Source: Dehalococcoidia bacterium (GTDB taxonomy: Bacteria; Chloroflexota; Dehalococcoidia; UBA2979). Taken from it: a stretch of 64,000 bases of DNA. Below the pieces are notes generated by a model that saw nothing but the letters and a program-made list of their open reading frames with translations, had not been told where the DNA came from and searched no databases. This document shows, in pieces, positions 40,010 to 49,960 of this stretch. Every line of letters begins with the position of its first letter. Position 1 is the first letter of the stretch. The position numbers and the translations under genes are program-made. Where the stretch lies: assembly GCA_029941115.1 (NCBI GenBank), contig JAPYRK010000002.1, positions 37,298-101,297 on the forward strand. Direction: 5' to 3'.

Positions 40010-41275
40010 CTACCCAAGATACTTAGAAAATACTAATGATGAGTTGTGTCCACCAAAACCGAGCGAATTCGTCATCGCGATATTAACCGAAATTGCGCGC
40101 GATTCATTAGTTACATAATCCAGATCACAATCCTGATCCGGATTATCTAAATTAATCGTGGGGTGTATGATGTCATCTTTAATCGACAATGCGGTTACCA
40201 CTGCCTCAATACCACCCGCAGCGCCTAGAGTGTGGCCGACCATCGACTTCGTTGATGAAATAGGCACTGAATAGGCCTGCTCACCAAAAACTGATTTTAT
40301 TGAAAGAGTCTCGAACTTATCATTCATAGGAGTTGAAGTTCCGTGTGCATTAATATAGTCCACATCCGAAGGGCTTATTTGTGCTTTCGTCAAAGCAATA
40401 TTCATCGCCCGCGCAGCTCCTTCTCCTTGTTCAGACGGTTGGGTTATATGGAACGCATCAGCAGATTGACCATATCCTCGATACTCACAAATAATATTTG
40501 CACCCCGCCTCTCGGCGTGCTCTTGATTCTCCAAGATCAAAATACCCGATCCCTCACCTAGCACGAAACCATCTCGTTCCCGATCAAATGGTCTAGACGC
40601 AGTTGCTGGATCGTTATTTCGTGATAAGGCACGCATATTGGCGAAAGCGGTAATTGACATCCGTGTGACTGCTCCTTCTGCTCCTCCCGCAATCATTGCG
40701 ACGGCATCACCACGCCGGATTAGTTCAGCTGCAGTCCCAATTGAGTCTGCACCCGAGGCACAGGCTGAAACAGTGTTGAAATTCGGACCTTTTGCGCCAT
40801 ACCTAATCGATACTTGACCGGCCGCCATATCCGGAATGAACATCGGTACTAAAAAGGGGCTCACACGGTCAGGACCTTTGTCAAACAAATTTTTGAATTC
40901 ACGCTCGAGGGTTTCCATCCCGCCAATACCAACACCGATCATGCATCCTATTTGCTCGGCTTCGCTATTTATATCCAATCCAGAATGATCTATCGCTTCT
41001 CCAGCCGCCATGATTGCGAGATGAGTGAATCTGTCCATTCTTCGAGATTCTTTCTTATCCAAATATGTAGACAAATCAAACTCCGGTACCTCACCAGATA
41101 CCTGAGAAGCCAAATCATTTACATCACACCTTTGAGTGTTGCCTATTCCATTAGCCCCAGACCTCAGTGCCTCCCAGGCTGCATCTCGCCCGACACCGTT
41201 CGCGATTATTAGTCCAACACCGGTAATCACGACCCGTCTTGAATTAGCTTGACTCTCAGTATTGTTAAGTTCGAT
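40010..41275 (-). CDS. fabF: Beta-ketoacyl-ACP synthase II, paralogue 2 (probable ATC start at 41275; ORF track uses GTG 41230)
   Basis: SACASG, INAHGTST, KSMVGH and NSLGFGGHN; the conserved RRVV lies upstream of the GTG. Confidence 0.93.
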   Translation of the reverse strand: MELNNTESQANSRRVVITGVGLIIANGVGRDAAWEALRSGANGIGNTQRCDVNDLASQVSGEVPEFDLSTYLDKKESRRMDRFTHLAIMAAGEAIDHSGLDINSEAEQIGCMIGVGIGGMETLEREFKNLFDKGPDRVSPFLVPMFIPDMAAGQVSIRYGAKGPNFNTVSACASGADSIGTAAELIRRGDAVAMIAGGAEGAVTRMSITAFANMRALSRNNDPATASRPFDRERDGFVLGEGSGILILENQEHAERRGANIICEYRGYGQSADAFHITQPSEQGEGAARAMNIALTKAQISPSDVDYINAHGTSTPMNDKFETLSIKSVFGEQAYSVPISSTKSMVGHTLGAAGGIEAVVTALSIKDDIIHPTINLDNPDQDCDLDYVTNESRAISVNIAMTNSLGFGGHNSSLVFSKYLG

Positions 41276-41307
41276 GTTAGAGCTCCGATCTTGCTAAGTT
41301 GAATTTT

Positions 41308-42567
41308 TTATCCCGCCCATTCACTAAATATGATTGCGCTGTTGTGGCCGCCCAACCCAACTGAGGTGCTGATAGCGTTCCTTATCACACGTGATCTTGC
41401 TGAATTTGGTACATAGTCTAGATCACATTCTGGATCAGGATTTTCGTAGTTTAAGGTCGGAGGCAATATATTATTTTCTATGGCTAGGACTGTTAGTGCG
41501 GCTTCAACCGCACCTGCCGCACCCATTAAGTGACCTGTGGCTGCCTTGGTAGACGACACAGCAAGCTGGTATGCCGATTCACCAAAAACTAACTTAATCG
41601 CCTTTGTCTCGACCTTGTCATTGAGTGGGGTCCCTGTCCCGTGAGCGTTGATGTAGTCAATATCCTGGGGAGAAAGTTCTGCCTGCTTCAAAGCTTCTGT
41701 CATCGCATTTGCAATACCTGTTCCATCCGCAGCGACCATATCGAACGCATCAGACGAAGTCGCTGCGGATTTACATTCAGCGTAAATATGGGCACCTCTG
41801 GCCAGTGCTCGCTCAGATTCCTCCAAAACAAGCACTGCCGCACCCTCGCCTAAGATGAAACCATTCCTTTCACTATCAAACGGTTTAACAGCCTTAACAG
41901 GATCCTCAGATGTCGCGAGAGCTTTCATTGCATTAAAACCCGCGTAAAACACCGGCTGTAAGGGAGCTTCATGACCACCCGCCAAAACAACATCAGCTTC
42001 CCCTCTCTGTATAACTGAAATCGCCTCACCTGTGGCAGCGCCCCCTGTGGCACATGCAGCGGTTACAGCAAAGTTAGGCCCCTTCAGACCCAAATCGATT
42101 GCAATTAGCCCGGACGCAGTATCCGCGAGCATGTTGGTTATCAAAAAAGGAGATACTCGTCTTGGCCCTTTCTCATCTAGAACTCGCTGAGCTTCAACCA
42201 TCAAATGGCCACCACCAATACCAGTACCGATAACTATTCCTGACCGATTCGGATTTACTTCTCCTTGTTCTAGCCCCGCGTCGGACCACGCCTGTCTCGC
42301 GGCCACAATTGCGAGAGAAGTCGAAAGATCGATTCGTCGCTCCAACTTCGAATCAATAAATTCTGAAGGATGAAAGTTTTTCACCTCCGCAGCTATTGGA
42401 TATTCATAATCATCGGCAGAAAATCTTGAGATATGGCCCAAACCAGAGTCTCCAGCAATAATAGATTGCCAAGTTGATTTGACATCATTTCCAATTGGAG
42501 ATATCACCCCAATACCCGTCACTACCACACGTCGTTTTGATGTCTCGGGTGAGTTCTTAGATGGCAT
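41308..42567 (-). CDS. fabF: Beta-ketoacyl-ACP synthase II, paralogue 3
   Basis: RRVVVTG, AACATG, INAHGTGT, KAATGH and STSVGLGGHN. Confidence 0.92.
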   Translation of the reverse strand: MPSKNSPETSKRRVVVTGIGVISPIGNDVKSTWQSIIAGDSGLGHISRFSADDYEYPIAAEVKNFHPSEFIDSKLERRIDLSTSLAIVAARQAWSDAGLEQGEVNPNRSGIVIGTGIGGGHLMVEAQRVLDEKGPRRVSPFLITNMLADTASGLIAIDLGLKGPNFAVTAACATGGAATGEAISVIQRGEADVVLAGGHEAPLQPVFYAGFNAMKALATSEDPVKAVKPFDSERNGFILGEGAAVLVLEESERALARGAHIYAECKSAATSSDAFDMVAADGTGIANAMTEALKQAELSPQDIDYINAHGTGTPLNDKVETKAIKLVFGESAYQLAVSSTKAATGHLMGAAGAVEAALTVLAIENNILPPTLNYENPDPECDLDYVPNSARSRVIRNAISTSVGLGGHNSAIIFSEWAG

Positions 42568-42583
42568 GAATAACTCGTCTAAG

Positions 42584-43615
42584 CTAATTCATTGACTCGG
42601 TTGCAAAGACTGAAATAGGAATTGGATGCTGGCGAGCATCATCCAGCGACACGGCCATCGACGCTGAATTAATACGTCGAATCATTCTTGAAAGCGAGTG
42701 TCCTGGGCCAGCCTCGATAAACAACTCTATCCCTTCAGATATCATTTTTCTGACATTACTTGCCCACATGACTGGCGATTTTAGCTGATCTTCAAATTCA
42801 TTTCTAACTTCAATTCCGGACACCATTAAGTGAGATCCGATATTACTTACGATTGGGGCACATGGCGATTTGAACTCCACCTTACGGACAATTTCCGCAA
42901 ATTCGCTCGCTTGGGACTCGTGTAAAGGAGTGTGGCTGCTCACCTTAAGCTTCAGTCGAATTGCCTTCCCATGTTTGTCCTTAACTATGCTCATCGCCCG
43001 TTCTAAAGCCACCACATCACCCGAAATTACAGTTTGTAAATCTTCGTTATGATTTGCTACGTCTACTCGACAGTCCAGACCCGACGTGGCCTCCGAACAG
43101 ACTTCGGCGACCATGCCATATTCAAAGCCTACAATTGCCGCCATACCTACAGGTCGTGCCTCATTGAAACTCCCCATTAATCTAGAGCGTTCTAGAATCA
43201 ATCCTAACGAATCTTTAAAAGACAAAGCTCCCGAGGCAACAGCTGCAGTAAACATACCCATAGAATGCCCGCCAAAAAATTGAGGATCAAGCTTGAAATT
43301 AATTTCGTCCAATTTTTCCTTCATGGCACGATATGTAGCAAGGGAAGTTGTGAGTACCGCAGGCTGCGTATTATGAGTTGAAGCTAAAGCATCTTCATCT
43401 GACTCAAAACAAATTCTTGCTAGATCCACTCCGACAATCTCTGAAGCTTCTGAATACGTATCCCGCGCGGCCTGTGACGTATCGTATGTGCGGCGGCCCA
43501 TTCCAGTTGACTGGGCGCCCTGCCCTGGAAATACAATCGCAGCCCCACGCTTACCAAGCTTAGCCACCCGAGAATCGATCATAAAAACCAACCATCGCTC
43601 TCTACGTGTCCTCAT
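42584..43615 (-). CDS. fabD: Malonyl-CoA:ACP transacylase
   Basis: VFPGQGAQ, TQPA, GHSMG, Arg in ERSRLM, QTVISG, SHTP and EAGPG; start may be ATG 43582. Confidence 0.9.
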   Translation of the reverse strand: MRTRRERWLVFMIDSRVAKLGKRGAAIVFPGQGAQSTGMGRRTYDTSQAARDTYSEASEIVGVDLARICFESDEDALASTHNTQPAVLTTSLATYRAMKEKLDEINFKLDPQFFGGHSMGMFTAAVASGALSFKDSLGLILERSRLMGSFNEARPVGMAAIVGFEYGMVAEVCSEATSGLDCRVDVANHNEDLQTVISGDVVALERAMSIVKDKHGKAIRLKLKVSSHTPLHESQASEFAEIVRKVEFKSPCAPIVSNIGSHLMVSGIEVRNEFEDQLKSPVMWASNVRKMISEGIELFIEAGPGHSLSRMIRRINSASMAVSLDDARQHPIPISVFATESMN

Positions 43616-43691
43616 AGAAGACTGGATTCAGCGCTGCCGTTCCCCGTATTTGAGATTGTACTCCACACCAGCATTATTATGACAAAATTGA

Positions 43692-45299
43692 TTAAATATT
43701 TGCGGATGGGGGGTCCAAAATCTTACGAGCTTCTGGTAAGGCACGGACTATATCAGACGCCAACGTAGCTGCATCACCATACACTTCGCTTACTTGCCGC
43801 GCGGCCTCCGCATGCATGTAAACTGCCGCACTGGCAGCATCATATGAATTAATTTGCTGAGCCAAAAAACCCCCAGTAATTCCCGCCAGCACATCACCGG
43901 TGCCGCCGTGAGATAGAGCCGAACTAGCACTGTCTGAAAGCCTCGCTTCACCATTGCTATTCGAAATCACAGTTCCCGGACCTTTAAGAACAACTGTCGA
44001 ACGCCATTTCTGCGCGTAGTCAGCCGCGATCATCAATTTATTTTGTCTAATATAATCGACTTCCAAGCCACTCAATGTAGCCATTTCACCAAGGTGCGGA
44101 GTAATAATGATTGCTTGGTTAGTCAATGCTCGCCACTCCTCAATAACCGCAAGCGCATTCAGCCCGTCCGCATCAATCACTAAACCTTGAAAATCCTCTG
44201 ATACGGCTTCATCTAATCCAGCCAAAAATACCCTTACAAAGTCGACAGTATCTTCATTGTTACCTATTCCTGAACCGATCAATATCGATTTGAAAGAGCG
44301 AGTCCCTAATGCAGCCAATAATTCCTCTGCTGCTGCTCTCCCGCCCAAGTAACCACCCCTATCGAAAAGCGGGATATGAGAAATATCTGGAAGTGCCACA
44401 AGTAGAGATTGAATGCTTTCTGGGGCAGCTAGTGTTACGGATCCCACGCCCGTTCGAGCAGCCGACTCAACCGCCAAACGGGCAGCTCCCGGATAGTTCT
44501 TGCACCCAGCTATAACTAGCAATCGCCCAAATGTCCCTTTGTGACCGTCATTTGGTCTAGAAGGCAAAACTCGACGAAGGTCATGGAGCTTTAAGCTTTG
44601 ATAAGGAATTCTGACTGATTCTAGGGCTGACTCTGGGATTCCGATATCGACTTCAACGGTTCTTCCACTGTACTTTCTCCCATCACCCACATAGTGACCA
44701 ACTTTGCTGAAACCAAAAGTTACAGTCATTTCTGCCGGCACAGAACAAGCATCTGCTTGACCTGTATCCGAATTTAATCCGCTAGCGATATCAATCGCTA
44801 TAACTCTGACGGGTGGAACTGCCTCCACAGCGGCCTGTAATCGATTTAACACCTCCGCATAGAGACCTTCGATGGGTCGTTTTTCTGTATCAAAACCAAT
44901 CCCGAAGATTCCGTCAAGAACCATCGTTGCTCTCTCCAGCAAAACCTCTAGTTCTTCGAATTCGCCATCTGCATTGGCAATTGCAAACGGTATTCCCAAT
45001 TCCTCAACAGCGGCCCACGATTTATCCGATTTCTCTCGCGGATCGGTCAGATAAATGAACACTGACGCACCATAGCCATGGAGGTGGCGCGCAGCAATAA
45101 GCGCGTCAGATCCATTAGTTCCAGAGCCACAAATTACGAGGACGGGTCGGCCCTCCATAGTCCCCATTGCCATCCAACATTCTTGTGCTACCGCTAATCC
45201 TGCGGCCTCCATCAAATCCTCGTTGGTAATACCGGGCTCCAGAGCCTCACGTTCCAAAGATTGCATTTGTTCTGTAGTAACGATCTGTCCGCCAGCCAT
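43692..45299 (-). CDS. nnr: Bifunctional NAD(P)HX epimerase/dehydratase
   Basis: LMEAAG, CGSG.NG.D, AIDIASG, HKGTFG, DADGLN, TPH.GE and GGTGDVLAG. Confidence 0.93.
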   Translation of the reverse strand: MAGGQIVTTEQMQSLEREALEPGITNEDLMEAAGLAVAQECWMAMGTMEGRPVLVICGSGTNGSDALIAARHLHGYGASVFIYLTDPREKSDKSWAAVEELGIPFAIANADGEFEELEVLLERATMVLDGIFGIGFDTEKRPIEGLYAEVLNRLQAAVEAVPPVRVIAIDIASGLNSDTGQADACSVPAEMTVTFGFSKVGHYVGDGRKYSGRTVEVDIGIPESALESVRIPYQSLKLHDLRRVLPSRPNDGHKGTFGRLLVIAGCKNYPGAARLAVESAARTGVGSVTLAAPESIQSLLVALPDISHIPLFDRGGYLGGRAAAEELLAALGTRSFKSILIGSGIGNNEDTVDFVRVFLAGLDEAVSEDFQGLVIDADGLNALAVIEEWRALTNQAIIITPHLGEMATLSGLEVDYIRQNKLMIAADYAQKWRSTVVLKGPGTVISNSNGEARLSDSASSALSHGGTGDVLAGITGGFLAQQINSYDAASAAVYMHAEAARQVSEVYGDAATLASDIVRALPEARKILDPPSANI

Positions 45300-45331
45300 A
45301 AGTTTGCCTTCCTAATACCCCATCACTTCAA

Positions 45332-45850
45332 TTAAAAACGACCTAGACCATCTATTCCAACATCCTCTGGGGGGTCACCCTCGGTCATCGAGAGCAATCC
45401 TCGATCCCTAAGTCTTTTTAATAACTTCTGACGAGCATCCTCATGAACCTGTTCAGGGTTAGTCTGAAAACTCACTACGACGGCCACAGCAAAAGACATT
45501 AAATGAGTTAGAGAGATATCGATCGCTGTCAGGCCAATCATGTTAGCTCTAGATCTCGCACCTCCGTAAAGATATACCAGTGGCTTACCACGCTGATCCG
45601 GAAGTACCTCAATTTCACGCCACCCCACTGACCGTGCCCCAGTACCCAAGGCTTTCATAAGAGCTTCTTTTGCTGCGAATCTGGCCGCTAGTTCGGCTAC
45701 TCTTCCCCTACAAAAAGCTACCTCTGCCTCTGTGTAAACACGTTTCAAAAATCTCTCCGGATGTCGACGGAGAACTCGACCAATCCGGTCAGTCTCAATC
45801 ATGTCTACTCCAACTGCATGAGAACCATTTCCCGAGGTCGCCAACATCAT
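45332..45850 (-). CDS. acpS: Holo-ACP synthase
   Basis: GVDMIE..RI, AARFAAKEA.MKALGTG, GKP and ISLTH. Confidence 0.93.
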   Translation of the reverse strand: MMLATSGNGSHAVGVDMIETDRIGRVLRRHPERFLKRVYTEAEVAFCRGRVAELAARFAAKEALMKALGTGARSVGWREIEVLPDQRGKPLVYLYGGARSRANMIGLTAIDISLTHLMSFAVAVVVSFQTNPEQVHEDARQKLLKRLRDRGLLSMTEGDPPEDVGIDGLGRF

Positions 45851-46734
45851 CTGCCGTCCAATATTTCCGCGGCTGAAAGTGTGTTTGATAACAGCATAGC
45901 TACAGTCATCGGGCCCACCCCGCCCGGAACAGGAGTAACTGCTTTCGCCACGGTCTTCACTCCTTCAAAATCGACATCACCGACCAGACGACGGCCGTTC
46001 TTTCGCGTACTGTCCAAAATCCAATTAGTACCTACGTCAATAACTGTTGTCCCTGGGCTCACTAAATCGGCAGTGATCGTCTTAGCCTGTCCAGTGGCGA
46101 CAATAAGAATATCAGCAGATCTTGTGAATTTGCCAAGTGAACGTGCACCTGTATGCACTAAGGTGACAATCGCATTAAGACCGGAGCCGCGCTGGGAAAG
46201 CATAATCGACAGCGGTCGGCCTACCAACATAGAACGCCCAACGATCACTGCGTGAGACCCTTCTGTTGAAATATTTGTACGTCTAAGAATCTCGAGTATC
46301 CCCGAAGGTGTAGCGGGAGAATGAACCGGATCTCCCCTGCTCAGTCTACCTAAGCTTGCGTCAGTAAGACCATCAACATCCTTTTCTAAACATATGCTCG
46401 AAATTGCCTGAACCTCGTCTAAATGAGAAGGAATAGGTAGCTGCAAAATAATACCATGCACATCAGATCGATCGTTTAAATCCCCCAAAATAGCTGACAA
46501 CTTGGAATCATCGGTAGATTCAGGAATCATAACGACATCGGAATCCATCCCTACATCGCTCGCAGCTTGAGACTTATTAGTTACATATGTCCGTGATGCA
46601 GGATCCTCACCAACTACTACGGCGACAAGTTTTGGAATGCTGAGGCCCTTATCCTTACGCTGAATAACCCGGAACCGAAGCTCGTCGAGGATATCGTTCG
46701 CAATTGCTTTTCCATCAATAATTTCTGCACCCAT
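45847..46734 (-). CDS. folD: Methylenetetrahydrofolate dehydrogenase/cyclohydrolase
   Basis: IIDGK, YV.NK, QLP, KDVDG, GRS.LVGRP, IDVG and PVPGGVGPMT. Confidence 0.96.
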   Translation of the reverse strand: MGAEIIDGKAIANDILDELRFRVIQRKDKGLSIPKLVAVVVGEDPASRTYVTNKSQAASDVGMDSDVVMIPESTDDSKLSAILGDLNDRSDVHGIILQLPIPSHLDEVQAISSICLEKDVDGLTDASLGRLSRGDPVHSPATPSGILEILRRTNISTEGSHAVIVGRSMLVGRPLSIMLSQRGSGLNAIVTLVHTGARSLGKFTRSADILIVATGQAKTITADLVSPGTTVIDVGTNWILDSTRKNGRRLVGDVDFEGVKTVAKAVTPVPGGVGPMTVAMLLSNTLSAAEILDGR

Positions 46735-46825
46735 TAAACTAGTTTACTGCCTCACTTACTATGAATGAGACTCTCTTCACTAATACCTATAAGCGCTCAA
46801 CTAAATATCCTAATAAAATGTATAT

Positions 46826-47936
46826 ATGAATTATCTAATCCAACGCTGTAAAGAACTTTCAGCGCGTGTGCATGACGTACAGGTGCGACTTTGACCTCCC
46901 AAAGCAACAAGTAGCCCTCGACGCTCTCCGCGAAAAAACACAAAACCCTGACTTTTGGGCGAACCAAAACGCAGCAAAAACAATCATGCGTGACGTCGCG
47001 CGAATGGAACGCGAAATTAGCACTTGGCAATCCTTAGAAGCATCACTAGCTGAAAATCAGGAATTAATTGAACTTTTCATCGATGACTCTACTGAGGAAC
47101 TTGAATCTGAGATAATTGCTGCGCTTGATAAAATTGAGGCCGAGTTCCACACTCTCGAACTACGGCTCAAATTAGGTGGAACTTATGACACACGTCCAGC
47201 TGTCATTTCGGTCTATGCCGGAAGTGGCGGGACTGACGCCCAAGACTGGGCTGAACTCCTTCTACGGATGTACATTCGATGGGCGAATTCACAGAAAATG
47301 GACACCGAGATAATTTCTATTACCAATGGTGACGAAGCAGGTATCAAGTCAGCTGATATAAAAATCAGTGGGGACTTCGCGTACGGATTACTACAGTCTG
47401 AGAAAGGTGTGCATCGGCTGGTTCGCATATCACCCTTTGACTCGGCTAAGGCCCGTCACACCTCATTCGCATTGGTTGAAATAGTGCCCGAAGCACAACA
47501 TGGTGAATTAGTCGTAGATATAAAAACTGATGAACTTCGTATAGATACTTTTAAAGCCTCAGGTAACGGAGGACAAAACGTACAAAAAAATGACACTGCC
47601 GTGCGAATAGTGCATGAGCCGACCGGAATAGTTGTAACGTGCCAAAATGAGCGGTCGCAGGGACGAAACAGAGAACAAGCGATGCTCGTATTAGAGTCAC
47701 GACTTCTAGACTTGGAAATTAAGCGTCGCGAGGACGAAGAAGCTAAATTACGTGGCGAACACATTGAAGCTGGCTGGGGCAACCAAATCAGATCATACGT
47801 CTTACATCCGTATCAAATGGTCAAAGATCTCCGCACAAATTATGAGACGTCTAACGTCGATGATGTCCTCGATGGCGACATTATGCCACTGATCAATTCA
47901 TACCTTGACGAGAAAGTAGGGAAATCAGTTGGTTAA
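46826..47936 (+). CDS. prfB: Peptide chain release factor 2 with programmed +1 frameshift
   Basis: ORF1 from ATG 46826 MNYLIQRCKELSARVHDVQVRL ends CTT-TGA-C (46889-46895); ORF2 carries the SPF and GGQ motifs. Confidence 0.95.
46881..46895 (+). promoter_or_regulatory. RF2 +1 frameshift cassette
   Basis: AGGTG internal SD-like sequence, 3-nt spacer CGA, then CTT TGA C. Confidence 0.92.
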
Positions 47937-49320
47937 TTTACAAATAAATAGAGCTATATTTTCAGTCTTGCTTCTATCAATTCTTTCTATTTATCTACTC
48001 TCAGAAAAACCAGCAAATGTGGCTTATGCCCAGGCAAACGACGACATAAAAATTATTGAGTCAAAAGCTACGGGGATAGATCCCAAGAAAATTGTATTTC
48101 AAATCACCCTTGATTCACAATCGTCGATTAAAGAAATTGAGTTAAATTACATTCTTGAATCACCTGAAACGAATGTGGGTGGTACACAAAATATCGATGC
48201 TCAAGGGAAATCTGGCTATCAGCTTTTTATCACGGAACTGTCCACTAACGATAGCTCTCGGTATATCCCAATTGGAGTCACCCTCACATATTCCTGGACG
48301 ATAGAAAGTGACACCGGCACTCTGTTCACGACCGAAAAACAGACATATGTATTCTTAGACGGACGTTTCGATTGGAAAAAAAAGGAATCAAACACCGTTG
48401 AAGTGTTCTACTACGGCGATGATCAACGTGGGGTAACGGGAATTGGAGCTGCCAAAGACACCCTAGAGAGGATTGCTGGGCTCCTTCAAGTAGAGGTGCC
48501 GTATAAAGTCAAAATAGTCATATGGGATACAGAGAAAAATGGCGAAGCTGCTCAAAGATCGAGAGGATCAACCTTTGACGCAGCTGTGTCAACGTTAGGA
48601 ACTCGAGTGGCCACAGACCTAGTCCATATTTACGAAACACGTGGCAGTTATGCAGACACTACTCGACATGAAATAGCTCATATAGTTACGCATGTAGCCG
48701 GAGACGGATCAATCGGTAAAATCCCGGCATGGTTAGACGAAGGCACAGCCGTATATGCTCAAAAAACAACAACTGGACGAGAATTCGCTCTGAAGCAGGC
48801 GGTGCGCCAAAACACTCTCTTCAGACCAAAAACCGAGGGAGTCGGTGCACCAAACACAAGCAAAACCGTCGATGCATTTTATGGACAATCACATGCAATG
48901 GTTACTTTCATAATCAGCACCTGGGGCGAACAGAAATTTTCAGAATTGTTTAGCGTAATCAAGGCCGGGTCTACACCGGATGGAGCGTTTCAAGCTGTCT
49001 ATGGAGTTGATCTGGACGATTTCTACAACCAGTACCGAAATCACGAGGGACTCGAACCAATTGAATTTCAAAACACCGAACTTCAAACTGCTCCCAAAGC
49101 ATCGGCGACCCAACCACCATACACAATCGCCACGGGTACAAAAATCACAAGTGATAGTAAAACCAATAAACAAAATTCATCGATATCTAGTCCAAGCACT
49201 TCCATAGATAGCAAAGATTCAGCAAATAGAAAGGGGAGAAGTGCTCTGACAGTGGGACTTATAACCATCCTCCTAGCTGTAATATTGGGATTTGCTTCCT
49301 TCAGGCTAGTGAAACAGTGA
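47929..49320 (+). CDS. Membrane-anchored peptidase MA-like (gluzincin) metalloprotease
   Basis: N-terminal signal/TM, HEIAH, PAWLDEGTA, FYGQS, S/T-rich linker and C-terminal TM. Confidence 0.82.
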   Translation: MVNLQINRAIFSVLLLSILSIYLLSEKPANVAYAQANDDIKIIESKATGIDPKKIVFQITLDSQSSIKEIELNYILESPETNVGGTQNIDAQGKSGYQLFITELSTNDSSRYIPIGVTLTYSWTIESDTGTLFTTEKQTYVFLDGRFDWKKKESNTVEVFYYGDDQRGVTGIGAAKDTLERIAGLLQVEVPYKVKIVIWDTEKNGEAAQRSRGSTFDAAVSTLGTRVATDLVHIYETRGSYADTTRHEIAHIVTHVAGDGSIGKIPAWLDEGTAVYAQKTTTGREFALKQAVRQNTLFRPKTEGVGAPNTSKTVDAFYGQSHAMVTFIISTWGEQKFSELFSVIKAGSTPDGAFQAVYGVDLDDFYNQYRNHEGLEPIEFQNTELQTAPKASATQPPYTIATGTKITSDSKTNKQNSSISSPSTSIDSKDSANRKGRSALTVGLITILLAVILGFASFRLVKQ

Positions 49321-49326
49321 ACTCAA

Positions 49327-49938
49327 ATGACTAAATCTAATTCTATCGCCAGCAATATTCGAGATATCGGTCGTGCCCAGCTCGGTAAAGTAATTACACC
49401 TCTGCTTAACGTGATGTTAGCGCTTCATATCAAACCATCAATGATTACCATCGCTGGATTAGTCGGATGTGTTCCAGCAATGATTTTTGTCTCACAAGGC
49501 AACCTTTTCGCAGGTGGAATAATCTTCTTATTTAGCTCGCTTTTGGATCTATTTGATGGAGCTTTGGCAAGAAAAGCTAACTCGATTTCTGATCGGGGGG
49601 CACTGCTGGACTCGGTTGCTGACAGAATATCAGAGGCCCTGATCATGGCTGGTATCCTTTATTTCGGCTGGTCAATTCAAGACAAAAGCATAGTCCTGTT
49701 CTCATTCGGATCCGTGGTGGGATCTCTCCTTGTGTCTTACATTCGAGCGCGAGCCGAAGGACTTGGCTTAGAATTAAGCGAAGGATGGTTCACAAGACCT
49801 GAACGTGTAATTGTCATTAGTGCACTACTTCTCTTCAACCTTGTACCACAGGGGTTAATTCTTTTAACAATACTCACATTCCTCACTGCTCTACAAAGAT
49901 GGAGACTGGCCGATGAAAAATTAAAAATAGTGAATTAA
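49327..49938 (+). CDS. pgsA: CDP-alcohol phosphatidyltransferase, PI(P) synthase PgsA-like
   Basis: DLFDGALAR...GALLDSVADR signature, VSYIRARAE and TRPER as in actinobacterial/archaeal PIP synthases; adjacent to the ino1/pimA cluster. Confidence 0.8.
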   Translation: MTKSNSIASNIRDIGRAQLGKVITPLLNVMLALHIKPSMITIAGLVGCVPAMIFVSQGNLFAGGIIFLFSSLLDLFDGALARKANSISDRGALLDSVADRISEALIMAGILYFGWSIQDKSIVLFSFGSVVGSLLVSYIRARAEGLGLELSEGWFTRPERVIVISALLLFNLVPQGLILLTILTFLTALQRWRLADEKLKIVN

Positions 49939-49960
49939 ATAAATTCTGAAGGTTACATCT

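Noticed and set aside
40010..42567. Tandem KS genes as a type II PKS KS/CLF pair
   Set aside because: Both keep the catalytic Cys and both His, and no ACP, cyclase or tailoring genes are adjacent.
42920..42960. FabD 'VSSH' motif as a sign of methyl/ethylmalonyl specificity
   Set aside because: Ordinary FabD enzymes such as E. coli's also have SH here, so PKS AT specificity codes do not transfer.
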